Both the position numbers and the translations under genes were made by a program. Under the pieces are notes generated by a model, which was given only the letters and a program-made list of their open reading frames with translations, ran no database searches and was not told the DNA's origin. Positions 1 through 7,739 of a stretch of DNA of 32,000 nucleotides are shown here, in pieces. Source of the stretch: Prochlorococcus marinus subsp. pastoris str. CCMP1986 (GTDB lineage: Bacteria; Cyanobacteriota; Cyanobacteriia; PCC-6307; Cyanobiaceae); assembly GCF_000011465.1 (NCBI RefSeq), contig NC_005072.1:120001-152000 (forward strand), in the 5' to 3' direction. The first letter of the stretch is position 1. Each line of letters opens with the position of its first letter.

Positions 1-68
1 GGCGTCGTCCAGTACCAGATGTTTGGTTTAAATTAGACCAAATTAAAGAATATATAGTTTCAGAATAG
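1..68 (+). CDS. 3-prime end of an unidentified CDS entering from the left edge (partial)
   Basis: Only + frame 3 stays open from the window edge (...RRPVPDVWFKLDQIKEYIVSE, TAG at 66..68). Frames 1 and 2 stop at 34..36 and 29..31. Too short to name. Confidence 0.3.
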   Translation, partial: RRPVPDVWFKLDQIKEYIVSE

Positions 69-72
69 TTAT

Positions 73-750
73 TCAGGAAATTATAGATTTTTTATCATAA
101 GCCATTTTTGATTGGATTCTTTTTGCTTCTTTCATCATTTCTTTTCCATCAAATAAATAATCATCTACATATCCTTGTGTGTACTTATCAAGTTCTGATA
201 AAGCATCTTTAACTTGAGAAAAACAATGATAAAGATCTAAACCTAAAGAGGATATTGGATTGGGCACAGATATTGACTTATAAAGCTTATCAACTTTTTC
301 AATTTTTCTTTGGGAAACAGTGATGTAACTGCAAAAATTATCCATCAATTCATCATCATATGGATCAGCAGATAGTTCCTTAATTTCTTGACTCAGAGGT
401 TTGATTATTTGGGTAATAAATCTATTGGTAGGATTATAAATATTTTTAATCCAATTTTTAACTTCATTATCTTTTATTGTAGAACTATATTTTGTTGTAT
501 TAACTTTCTCTTCCCAATTTTCATTTCTGAAATTAGATGATTGTTTTAATGAAAATAGGGTTTTATCATATTGTTCTTTTTTAAAAGGATCATTAAGAGT
601 CTCCCATGCATTTTGTATTGCAAGAAACCTATCTTTTTCACCTCCTGCATCGGGGTGATGTTGTTTAACTAAGCGACGATAAGAAGATTTAATTTCACCT
701 TGAGTTGCATTTTCCTTTACCTCTAATTCTTTATAAAGATTTTTGATCAT
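73..750 (-). CDS. J-domain (DnaJ-like) co-chaperone with a non-canonical C-terminal region
   Basis: N-terminal J-domain: YKELEVKENATQGEIKSSYRRLVKQHHPD with the HPD tripeptide. No Gly/Phe-rich or Cys-rich zinc-finger region follows, so this is not canonical DnaJ. Confidence 0.85.
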   Translation of the reverse strand: MIKNLYKELEVKENATQGEIKSSYRRLVKQHHPDAGGEKDRFLAIQNAWETLNDPFKKEQYDKTLFSLKQSSNFRNENWEEKVNTTKYSSTIKDNEVKNWIKNIYNPTNRFITQIIKPLSQEIKELSADPYDDELMDNFCSYITVSQRKIEKVDKLYKSISVPNPISSLGLDLYHCFSQVKDALSELDKYTQGYVDDYLFDGKEMMKEAKRIQSKMAYDKKSIIS

Positions 751-766
751 ATCTAAATATCCTTGC

Positions 767-1735
767 CTATAGATAACCGTCTTTTCTAGCTTTTATTGCA
801 GTGTTTGATTCAAACATTGCTGTAGATAAGTATCTTTCACCAAAACTCGGAAGAATCACTATTAATCTTTGATTAATAAGCTCTTTCCTTTGACCTATTT
901 TGATTGTTGCTGCCAAAGCAGCTCCGCTACTAATTCCTGATAAAAGACCCTCTAATCGAGCTAATAACCTCCCATAATAAAATGCTTCTTCATCATCTAT
1001 CTTAAAAATTTCATCTATTAAATGAGTGTCAAGTACCTTAGGAACGAAGCCTGCACCAATCCCCTGGATAGAATGAGAACCAGCTTTTTCTCCTGAAATT
1101 ACAGCGCTTTTTGCGGGCTCTACTGCATATATTTTGCAATTTGGATTAACTTTTTTTAGAAATCGAGAACATCCAGTTATGGTTCCTCCAGTACCAACTC
1201 CAGAAACTAATCCATCAATAGTTTGATTAGATTGATCCCAAATTTCTTTAGCTGTGGTCCTTTCATGAATTTCTGGATTTGCAAGATTTTCAAACTGGTT
1301 AAACTGAAAGCTATTTGGAATACTTGAAGATAATTCACTTGCTAAATCTAGAGCACCGTTCATTCCTTCTTTGCCAGGAGTGAGTTGTAATTCTGCCCCA
1401 TATGCTCTTAGCATTGCCCTTCTCTCAATACTCATAGTATCTGGCATAGTTAATATCAATCTATAACCTTTAGCTGCTGCAACCATTGCTAAAGCAATTC
1501 CAGTATTTCCACTTGTTGCCTCAATTAATGTTGTTTTCCCAGGTAAAATTAAACCATCTTTTTCGGCTGAATTTAACATCGAATAAGCAATACGATCTTT
1601 GACAGATGCTGATGGATTAAAACTTTCAAGTTTCGCTATTATTTCTGGATGACAATTACAGTATTTTTTTATGCGATCTAATTTTACTAATGGTGTTTTG
1701 CCAACTAAAGAAGTAATATCACCTGCTATTTCCAT
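767..1735 (-). CDS. cysK: cysteine synthase A (O-acetylserine sulfhydrylase)
   Basis: PLP-lysine motif NPSASVKDR, TSGNTGIALA, the GVGTGGTITG phosphate-binding loop, and typical length (322 aa). Confidence 0.95.
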   Translation of the reverse strand: MEIAGDITSLVGKTPLVKLDRIKKYCNCHPEIIAKLESFNPSASVKDRIAYSMLNSAEKDGLILPGKTTLIEATSGNTGIALAMVAAAKGYRLILTMPDTMSIERRAMLRAYGAELQLTPGKEGMNGALDLASELSSSIPNSFQFNQFENLANPEIHERTTAKEIWDQSNQTIDGLVSGVGTGGTITGCSRFLKKVNPNCKIYAVEPAKSAVISGEKAGSHSIQGIGAGFVPKVLDTHLIDEIFKIDDEEAFYYGRLLARLEGLLSGISSGAALAATIKIGQRKELINQRLIVILPSFGERYLSTAMFESNTAIKARKDGYL

Positions 1736-1891
1736 GGAAAAATTTTTACAAAATTAAATTTGTTCATTATTATTTTAAATGTATTTATACGTCTTTTATA
1801 AAAAAATTTTAAATTGAACTTAATTTCAAAACAACTTCTTAGAAAAGATTGTTCTATAGTTTGTTTATAATATAAAATTTACAATTCTTTT

Positions 1892-2161
1892 ATGTATTCT
1901 CTTGAAATAAGTCTAAGATATTCCCCCTTTCCCCTTTCAATTCAGAAGAAAGAGTATGAGGATATTAAAAGAATCTATGATGAAATCAAAGATTCTATGA
2001 ATAGTGATAACCAAAACTCCCCTTTAATCGAATTAAGTTGTGAAAAAGTTCAAGATAAATTGATAACTGTTCTTGCTAAAGAAGTTATTTCTGTTCAGAT
2101 ATATGAAAAGTCAGCAGTTGCTGGTGGATCAAAAAGACCTGGATTTTCCTTAGATATTTAG
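1892..2161 (+). CDS. small conserved hypothetical protein (89 aa)
   Basis: Clean ATG ORF whose TAG (2159..2161) is 1 nt from the ATG of the next gene (2163), which suggests co-translation. No motif I can name with confidence. Confidence 0.6.
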   Translation: MYSLEISLRYSPFPLSIQKKEYEDIKRIYDEIKDSMNSDNQNSPLIELSCEKVQDKLITVLAKEVISVQIYEKSAVAGGSKRPGFSLDI

Positions 2162-2162
2162 A

Positions 2163-2846
2163 ATGATCGAGATCGAGGATACTTTGCAAAATGGAGTACC
2201 TAATGTAACTTTCAAAAATGTGAGTTTTTCATGGCCAGGAAAAAATGAGCATGTAATAAATAATTGTAATTTTTCTATTAATAAAACTGGGTTATGGATG
2301 ATTGTTGGTAAAAATGGGAGCGGAAAGAGTACCTTGCTTAAGTTAATTAATGGACTTCTAATACCAAGCAATGGAGTCATAAATAAATTAGCGAACATTG
2401 GGATGGTTTTTCAGAATCCTGATCATCAAATATTAATGCCAAACTGTAGGAGTGAACTTCTTCTGAATATTAATCAAAATTTAAGTAGAAAAGATATTTC
2501 AAATAAAATTGACATTGCTCTAAACAAGGTTGGATTAGCTGGATTTGATAAAAGGTCGATTCATACATTAAGTGGCGGTCAAAAACAACGTTTAACTATT
2601 GCATCTTCATTGATAAGTGATAAGAATTTCATTCTTATGGATGAGCCCACAGCTCTATTAGATAGTTCTAGTCAATTAGCAGTTTTAGAAATAATTAAGG
2701 GCCTTACAAAGAATAAAAGAAACCCATTCACTGCTTTATGGATTACTCATCGTTTAGAGGAATTAAGTTATGCAGATGCAGTTGCAGAGATGAAGAATGG
2801 AAATTTATCAGATTGGCAGAAACCATTTAACTTTCAATATAATTAA
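2163..2846 (+). CDS. ABC transporter ATP-binding protein (CbiO/EcfA-like), no permease gene adjacent
   Basis: Walker A GKNGSGKST, ABC signature LSGGQKQR, Walker B FILMDEPT, H-loop ITHR. Confidence 0.9.
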   Translation: MIEIEDTLQNGVPNVTFKNVSFSWPGKNEHVINNCNFSINKTGLWMIVGKNGSGKSTLLKLINGLLIPSNGVINKLANIGMVFQNPDHQILMPNCRSELLLNINQNLSRKDISNKIDIALNKVGLAGFDKRSIHTLSGGQKQRLTIASSLISDKNFILMDEPTALLDSSSQLAVLEIIKGLTKNKRNPFTALWITHRLEELSYADAVAEMKNGNLSDWQKPFNFQYN

Positions 2847-2856
2847 GGTTTACCCC

Positions 2857-2886
2857 TTGTCATAAGGTACATGTAAGAGTTAAATT
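2857..2886 (+). promoter_or_regulatory. possible sigma70-type promoter for tRNA-Asn
   Basis: TTGTCA (2857..2862), 18-nt spacer, TAAATT (2881..2886), about 9 nt before the tRNA 5-prime end. Read by eye only. Confidence 0.3.
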
Positions 2887-2895
2887 TTTATATGT

Positions 2896-2967
<72 letters not shown>

Positions 2968-2995
2968 TTCCTTTTCATAAACGTTATCGTGTCAT

Positions 2996-3019
2996 AAGAC
3001 CCCATAAGGGTCTTTTTTA
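2996..3019 (+). terminator. intrinsic terminator after tRNA-Asn
   Basis: AAGACCC-CATAA-GGGTCTT (7-bp stem, 2996..3014) running into TTTTTT. Confidence 0.6.
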
Positions 3020-3078
3020 TTGGCATGTCTTGCAATATTGCAAAAACCATTAGATCACACACGTCCATAATAAGTCGC

Positions 3079-3113
3079 TTTTTTTATGTGTTTTGTGTTT
3101 TTTTATGTGTTTT
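3079..3113 (+). repeat. two tandem copies of the 16-mer TTTTTTTATGTGTTTT (3079..3094, 3098..3113)
   Basis: Exact copies separated by GTG. A third exact copy lies at 4361..4376, and the 20-mer TGTGTTTTTTTATGTGTTTT is shared by 3094..3113 and 4357..4376. Confidence 0.85.
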
Positions 3114-3288
3114 AGCTCTTTGTAAAAATGTGATTTTATTATTCAACTTATTTGACCATTTGTAATTGACAGTCAATCTAAAATTTAGAATAAACATCTA
3201 TTTTATATGGTGTATTCAGGTGACATTTAGAGAACGCTAGAATGATATCGAATTTCAGTTACATCAAAATTCAAAATTTTTTTCGGAC

Positions 3289-4260
3289 ATGAAAAAACTT
3301 GTATACCTTTTTCTTATATTGATGTGTTTTACCAGTGGTAATTCATACTCATGGGAAAAGGTACCTGTTCCAGACTCTGTAGATAAAAAAACAAAATCTC
3401 CTTGGAATTTTTCTGAAGACTTTGAAAATCAAGAAGAAGGAAGACTGAGAACTAACAAATTTCTCATCAACGATAAGGGGGCAGGTCTCAAACCATTTTT
3501 AATTAAGGAAGATCCTGATGGTAATAAGTATCTTGCGGTGACAGTGAAACATGGATGGAATCATGATCCTAAGAAAAAAAGAGGAGAAGAAACTGAAAGA
3601 GCAGAATTTCAGACAAGACCAAAAAGAGCTGTAGGTAAAGAAATGTGGATAAGTTTCAAAACAAGACTTCCACAGGATTTTACTCATATCGACGACAGAG
3701 TATTATTTTTTCAATTCAAAAACCAATTTGAACAAATGGGAAGGAGTCCTCTTTTAGGATTACGTTATTATAAAAATGGAAATAGATTACAAATAGGGGG
3801 AGATACCGGAGGAAATCCAAGGAAATCTATGAGTCGGGAGGAAAGGTATGTTCACCACATCGGAACAAAGTATAAAAACAAAGGGGGAAATTGGATTGTG
3901 CGTTGGGAAAAAGATAGAAGGGAAGGTAAAATCAGAGATGAAGATGATTTCAAACTCACAACGAACGAACCAGTGAGTGTAACTCCATTAGGTGAATGGA
4001 GCACATATAAGATTGGAATTTATAATACAAAGAATGATGATGGTTTTGTAAAAGTTTATAAAGATAACCAATTGATGTTTGATTATAAGGGTGTCACCTT
4101 TGATTGGCGTGGACGTTATAAAGGAAGTTATATCAGAATCGGTATCTATCGAGATTCAGGAAAACAATTTGGAATCGAATACCCCGATCAAACTATTCAC
4201 TTTGATGATTTCATTGTTGTTTCAGATGAAAAGACTTTAGATCAGATACTCAATAGGTAA
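3289..4260 (+). CDS. secreted protein, polysaccharide-lyase-like / ConA-like jelly-roll family (tentative)
   Basis: N-terminal signal peptide MKKLVYLFLILMCFTSGNSYS. Motif pattern ERAEF...GKEMWISFKTRLPQDF...VLFFQFKN...SPLLGLRY..NGNRLQIGG and C-terminal YIRIGIYRDS...IHFDDFIV resembles the Polysacc_lyase (heparin lyase I / glucuronan lyase type) family. No search run. Confidence 0.5.
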   Translation: MKKLVYLFLILMCFTSGNSYSWEKVPVPDSVDKKTKSPWNFSEDFENQEEGRLRTNKFLINDKGAGLKPFLIKEDPDGNKYLAVTVKHGWNHDPKKKRGEETERAEFQTRPKRAVGKEMWISFKTRLPQDFTHIDDRVLFFQFKNQFEQMGRSPLLGLRYYKNGNRLQIGGDTGGNPRKSMSREERYVHHIGTKYKNKGGNWIVRWEKDRREGKIRDEDDFKLTTNEPVSVTPLGEWSTYKIGIYNTKNDDGFVKVYKDNQLMFDYKGVTFDWRGRYKGSYIRIGIYRDSGKQFGIEYPDQTIHFDDFIVVSDEKTLDQILNR

Positions 4261-4356
4261 TCTGCGATCTTTTGATGAGCAGGTTCAAGTAGGTAAAATC
4301 CATTGACAAAATTGAAGTTAGAAGGAAATAGCAACATAAAAAATGACCCCATAAAA

Positions 4357-4376
4357 TGTGTTTTTTTATGTGTTTT
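4357..4376 (+). repeat. right-hand copy of the 20-mer TGTGTTTTTTTATGTGTTTT, preceded by GACCCCATAA (4345..4354)
   Basis: Identical to 3094..3113. GACCCCATAA also occurs at 2998..3007 inside the tRNA terminator hairpin. Together they bracket the cargo ORF. Confidence 0.85.
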
Positions 4377-4440
4377 CCAAGAGGGATATTTGTAATTTGG
4401 GCGACTATGCCTGTCTATGAACGCTTATGAAATATCAAAC

Positions 4441-4467
4441 CGACTTGCGCCCGGGGAGTTTATTTTC
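4441..4467 (+). repeat. displaced partial tRNA-Asn 3-prime fragment, attR-like
   Basis: Exact 13-mer at 4448..4460, degenerate upstream of that, so it cannot be a functional tRNA. Confidence 0.8.
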
Positions 4468-4485
4468 TCCTAAATAAGAGATATT

Positions 4486-4508
4486 GAGATCTTCGGGTCT
4501 CTTTTTTT
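4486..4508 (+). terminator. intrinsic terminator, probably the ancestral tRNA-Asn terminator
   Basis: GAGATC-TTCG-GGTCTC (6-bp stem with one G-U, UUCG tetraloop) followed by TTTTTTT (4502..4508). Confidence 0.6.
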
Positions 4509-4530
4509 ACGTAAAATACAACTAACTAAA

Positions 4531-4570
4531 GGGAAAAACTTTAAAAGCGCCTCATAACCTACTTTTAAAG
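4531..4570 (-). terminator. weak intrinsic terminator for the 119-aa gene
   Basis: CTTTAAAAG (4539..4547) pairs with CTTTTAAAG (4562..4570) around a 14-nt loop. On the minus strand it is followed by TTTTT (complement of 4534..4538). The stem is AU-rich, so it is weak. Confidence 0.35.
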
Positions 4571-4572
4571 AG

Positions 4573-4932
4573 TTAATCATCCCACATGTCTTGTTTATTC
4601 TGTTCGATATTATTTTTTTCAAGCAACTCTAATCTATGCTCTTTTGAATCTTCTTCAAAATTTTGTAAGTTTTCGTTGTTTGCAAATTTTTGTTGAATCT
4701 CCAAAATTATAATTTCAAATTGATCGCCATAAAATTTAGACATTTCCATCCATGCTTCCATTTCCTCCTCTTTTCCAATTGTGTCGTTTATCTGATGGCT
4801 AATTATTTCTAAAACAAATTCTTTTAACTCTTTATGGCTCATGCATTCAACTTTTTTTTGAATATAAAGTTCTTTTAGATGTTGTAACTGCTTTTTAGAT
4901 AAATCGGTGTAAGTAATAGATTTCTTTTTCAT
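4573..4932 (-). CDS. hypothetical acidic, predicted helical protein (119 aa)
   Basis: ATG ORF with 26 D/E of 119 residues by hand count, a basic N-terminus (MKKKS) and an acidic tail (QDMWDD). No recognisable motif. Confidence 0.55.
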   Translation of the reverse strand: MKKKSITYTDLSKKQLQHLKELYIQKKVECMSHKELKEFVLEIISHQINDTIGKEEEMEAWMEMSKFYGDQFEIIILEIQQKFANNENLQNFEEDSKEHRLELLEKNNIEQNKQDMWDD

Positions 4933-5357
4933 AAATATTCAGTTTGTTTTTATAATAAAGTTAACAATTAGTATCTAAAAAAGATTTTGAGTCACAAATA
5001 ATTTACATAATATTCTACGAAAAAAATTTAGTTTAAAAATAAAAGATTTAAATTGGTATGATAACAATCACCTGAATTTTTTACTTTCATAGATGTTGAT
5101 ATTCATGTTTTGAATAAAATTTAACTGACGTTATTTGCCGATTTATATTGAATTATTAAGTAATTATTAAGCAAATCGAAAGAATTTATAAAATTTATAT
5201 TTTCTTTTTAGTTGATATTTCCGTCTAATCCATTGAAGTAATTAGTTTTTTTATTGTAATAACTTAAATAAGTCTTTAAATTAGGTCTGCAATAAATGCA
5301 AAATGTTGAGAGAATCGTTATACAAAATCTTAATCTCGGTTTAATAATAGGTCAGAT

Positions 5358-6113
5358 ATGAAAATTTCAATCCTGTTGATAGAAGATGATCGTGATATGC
5401 GTGAATTAGTATCTGGTCATCTTGAACATTCTGGTTTTGATGTTCAAAAAGCTGAAGATGGTATTAAAGGTCAAGCTTTAGCCCTTCAATACTCTCCTGA
5501 CTTAATTCTTCTAGATTTAATGTTACCTAGCGTTGATGGTTTGACATTATGCCAAAGACTGCGGAGAGATGAAAGGACTTCAAATATTCCCATATTAATG
5601 ATTACAGCTTTGGGTGGACTTAAAGATAAAGTTACTGGATTTAATTCAGGTGCTGATGATTACATCACAAAACCATTTGATTTAGAGGAATTATACGTTC
5701 GTATCAAAGCTTTATTGAGAAGAACTAATAGAGCACAATTGAATTCAACTAACCAACAAGAAATTTTAAATTATGGACCTCTTACTCTTGTTCCGGAAAG
5801 GTTTGAAGCTATTTGGTTTGAATCTGCCGTGAGACTTACCCATTTAGAATTTGAGCTACTTCACTGTTTGATGCAAAGACATGGTCAAACAGTCTCTCCA
5901 GCACTGATATTAAAGGAAGTATGGGGTTATGAACCTGACGATGATATTGAGACTATTAGAGTTCATGTAAGGCACTTAAGAACAAAATTAGAACCTGAAC
6001 CTCGCAAGCCAAAATATATAAAAACTGTTTATGGAGCGGGATATTGCCTTGAGTTACCTGCGGTAGCTCAGGTTGATAATGGTATGCAAGAGTTTGCTGA
6101 ATCTACAAATTAA
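5358..6113 (+). CDS. rpaA: OmpR-family response regulator RpaA (circadian output regulator)
   Basis: Receiver domain LLIEDD...[10 protein letters not shown]...ITALG...[10 protein letters not shown]. The stretch [13 protein letters not shown]...[14 protein letters not shown] matches my memory of cyanobacterial RpaA. Winged-helix C-terminus [13 protein letters not shown]...GAGYCL. Confidence 0.9.
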   Translation: MKISILLIEDDRDMRELVSGHLEHSGFDVQKAEDGIKGQALALQYSPDLILLDLMLPSVDGLTLCQRLRRDERTSNIPILMITALGGLKDKVTGFNSGADDYITKPFDLEELYVRIKALLRRTNRAQLNSTNQQEILNYGPLTLVPERFEAIWFESAVRLTHLEFELLHCLMQRHGQTVSPALILKEVWGYEPDDDIETIRVHVRHLRTKLEPEPRKPKYIKTVYGAGYCLELPAVAQVDNGMQEFAESTN

Positions 6114-6142
6114 AACTTAATCAAATGAGTAATTAAGTAACT

Positions 6143-7102
6143 TTACAAATCTTCAATTGCTATTTTTAATAAAGTTACTTCCCATGCTAGTCGTGGTTGT
6201 ATAAAACCTTTAAGATGTACCTTCAAATCTTCTAGTTTTTTGACGATGTTTTTGTTTCTAGTTTTTGCCCAACATTTTTGTTGTACAAAATTTATTAAAA
6301 ACATTTGTTGATCAATATCTAGTTCTTCAGATATTAATTTTGTTATTTTTAGTATTTCTAAATTATCACTTAATGGAAAGTCCAAGTTTTCTTTAATTGC
6401 ATTTGGTAATTGGTTCCAAATTTTTATATCTTTCAGTATTTTTCCTGGAGAGCCATTTGCTGAATTAATAAAATACTCTAAATCTATTTCTTTATAAATA
6501 TCAAAAACTGTAGAATCTAAATTATTTCTTATGAAAATCTCAAGCTGTTTATATGAAAAAGCTTTAAATCTTATAAGTTGACATCTTGAGATAATAGTAT
6601 CCAAAAGTAAGTTTAACCTAGAAGTTAAAAGAATAAATATACCGTTAGAGGGCTCTTCTAGTGTTTTTAAAAGACAATTAGATGCTGCTTCATTCATAAG
6701 GTGAGCATCATCAATTAATACAATTTTTCCACCTGATTCAATGGATTTTTGACCTAGAAAAGTCTTTAAATTTCTAATTTGCTCTATTCTTATTGTTTCT
6801 TTATTATTTTTTGTAGTTTCAGCTTCTGAACGATTTATAAGATTACCTTTAAAAAAATAGGTAGGCTCAATTAATAAGAAATCAGGGTGGTTTTTATCTA
6901 TGATTTTTTTTTCAATGTTTGAATTAGATGAATATTTATTAAAAATTTCCATAATAAATTTCATAGCGGTTTGTTTTTTCCCTATACCTTCCGGACCATA
7001 AAATATATAACCGTTGGAAAATGCTTTACTCTTAAGTATGCTTTCTAGATTTTCATTAACTTCCTGATTAATTAAAAGATTCTCAGTTTTAAGATCAATC
7101 AT
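6143..7102 (-). CDS. holB: DNA polymerase III delta-prime subunit
   Basis: AAA+ P-loop GPEGIGKK, Walker B-like [14 protein letters not shown], and the clamp-loader SRC motif (ISRCQLIRF). Overlaps tmk by 8 nt. Confidence 0.85.
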   Translation of the reverse strand: MIDLKTENLLINQEVNENLESILKSKAFSNGYIFYGPEGIGKKQTAMKFIMEIFNKYSSNSNIEKKIIDKNHPDFLLIEPTYFFKGNLINRSEAETTKNNKETIRIEQIRNLKTFLGQKSIESGGKIVLIDDAHLMNEAASNCLLKTLEEPSNGIFILLTSRLNLLLDTIISRCQLIRFKAFSYKQLEIFIRNNLDSTVFDIYKEIDLEYFINSANGSPGKILKDIKIWNQLPNAIKENLDFPLSDNLEILKITKLISEELDIDQQMFLINFVQQKCWAKTRNKNIVKKLEDLKVHLKGFIQPRLAWEVTLLKIAIEDL

Positions 7103-7739
7103 TGTTTACTCGAGAAAACTTTTTTAGTAAGGTTTCTTTTATTTCATTAGTAATAGTATTTATATCCTGTAAAGCAGATATTGTTGTCCAATTTTTTTCT
7201 TTTGCAATCAACTTAAAACCTTCATTAACTTTTTCTAGGAATTTTATCCCTTCAGATTCCATCCTATCTGGAATAAACTTTTCCCTTCGTAATACACTTT
7301 CTTCTGCTGAAATTTCTAGAAAAATAGTCAGGTCTGGGGATTCTCCTTGACAAACAATAGATTCGATATTTTTGATAATCTCAAGATTGATATTTCTACC
7401 ATAACCTTGATAAGCAAGTGTAGAGTCACAAAATCTATCGCTAAGTACCCAGTCTTGATTTTCTAAAGCAGGTGATATGGTTTTGGAAATATGTTCTGCT
7501 CTATCAGCAGAATAAAGCAATAATTCAGCCAGAGAAGAAGGTTTATTATCTTTATGATTATCAAGTATTAAATTTCTAATTTTTTTTCCTAATAAGCTTC
7601 CTCCAGGTTCTCTAGTTTTTACTAATTTTTGCTTTCCTCTCAAAAGACCACTAGTTGGGATCCATTTAGAAATTTCATCAATTTGGGTTGTTTTACCGCA
7701 ACCATCAATTCCTTCAATAACAATAAATTTACCCCTCAT
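7095..7739 (-). CDS. tmk: thymidylate kinase
   Basis: [15 protein letters not shown]-loop, TREPGG, DRF..S..AYQG motifs, 214 aa. Confidence 0.95.
   Translation of the reverse strand: MRGKFIVIEGIDGCGKTTQIDEISKWIPTSGLLRGKQKLVKTREPGGSLLGKKIRNLILDNHKDNKPSSLAELLLYSADRAEHISKTISPALENQDWVLSDRFCDSTLAYQGYGRNINLEIIKNIESIVCQGESPDLTIFLEISAEESVLRREKFIPDRMESEGIKFLEKVNEGFKLIAKEKNWTTISALQDINTITNEIKETLLKKFSRVNND

Noticed and set aside
2150-2398. Antisense or shadow ORFs in the six-frame track: 2150..2398(-), 3499..3687(-), 7102..7350(+), 7937..8263(+), 8347..8571(+), 11170..11415(+), 11740..11988(+), 12459..12644(-), 19112..19360(-), 20050..20295(+), 21392..21586(+), 21701..21886(+), 21897..22085(-), 25402..25680(+), 25720..25965(+), 26062..26367(-), 29351..29536(-), 31186..31485(+).
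   Set aside because: Each lies fully or mostly inside a longer ORF that has strong family motifs, either on the opposite strand or in another frame. Their translations are low-complexity (F/L/S/I-rich) with no motifs, which is typical of shadow frames in AT-rich DNA.
3289-4260. Elevated G+C of the cargo ORF as evidence for foreign origin
   Set aside because: Two hand-counted 60-nt lines gave 26/60 and 23/60 G+C, against 12/60 in a holB line. A line from core rpaA also gave 26/60, so composition does not discriminate here. A full-window GC and codon-usage calculation is needed.
3079-4376. Could the repeated 16-mer be a CRISPR or other array?
   Set aside because: There are only three copies, two of them adjacent with a 3-nt spacer. 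The sequence is T-rich with no regular spacers and no cas genes, so it is not a CRISPR array.
3086-4430. Mini-ORFs seeded by the ATG inside the 16-mer repeats (3086..3115, MCFVFFYVF; 4356..4430, MCFFMCFPRGIFVIWATMPVYERL)
   Set aside because: They are very short and made of low-complexity Phe/Cys/Val codons that follow directly from the T/G repeat. They have no ribosome-binding context. I treat the repeats as DNA-level elements.
5001-5020. HLR1-like (RpaB box) sequence TTTACATAATATTCTACG upstream of rpaA
   Set aside because: Only the first half-site matches (G/T)TTACA(T/A)(T/A). The second repeat is a poor match at the required spacing.
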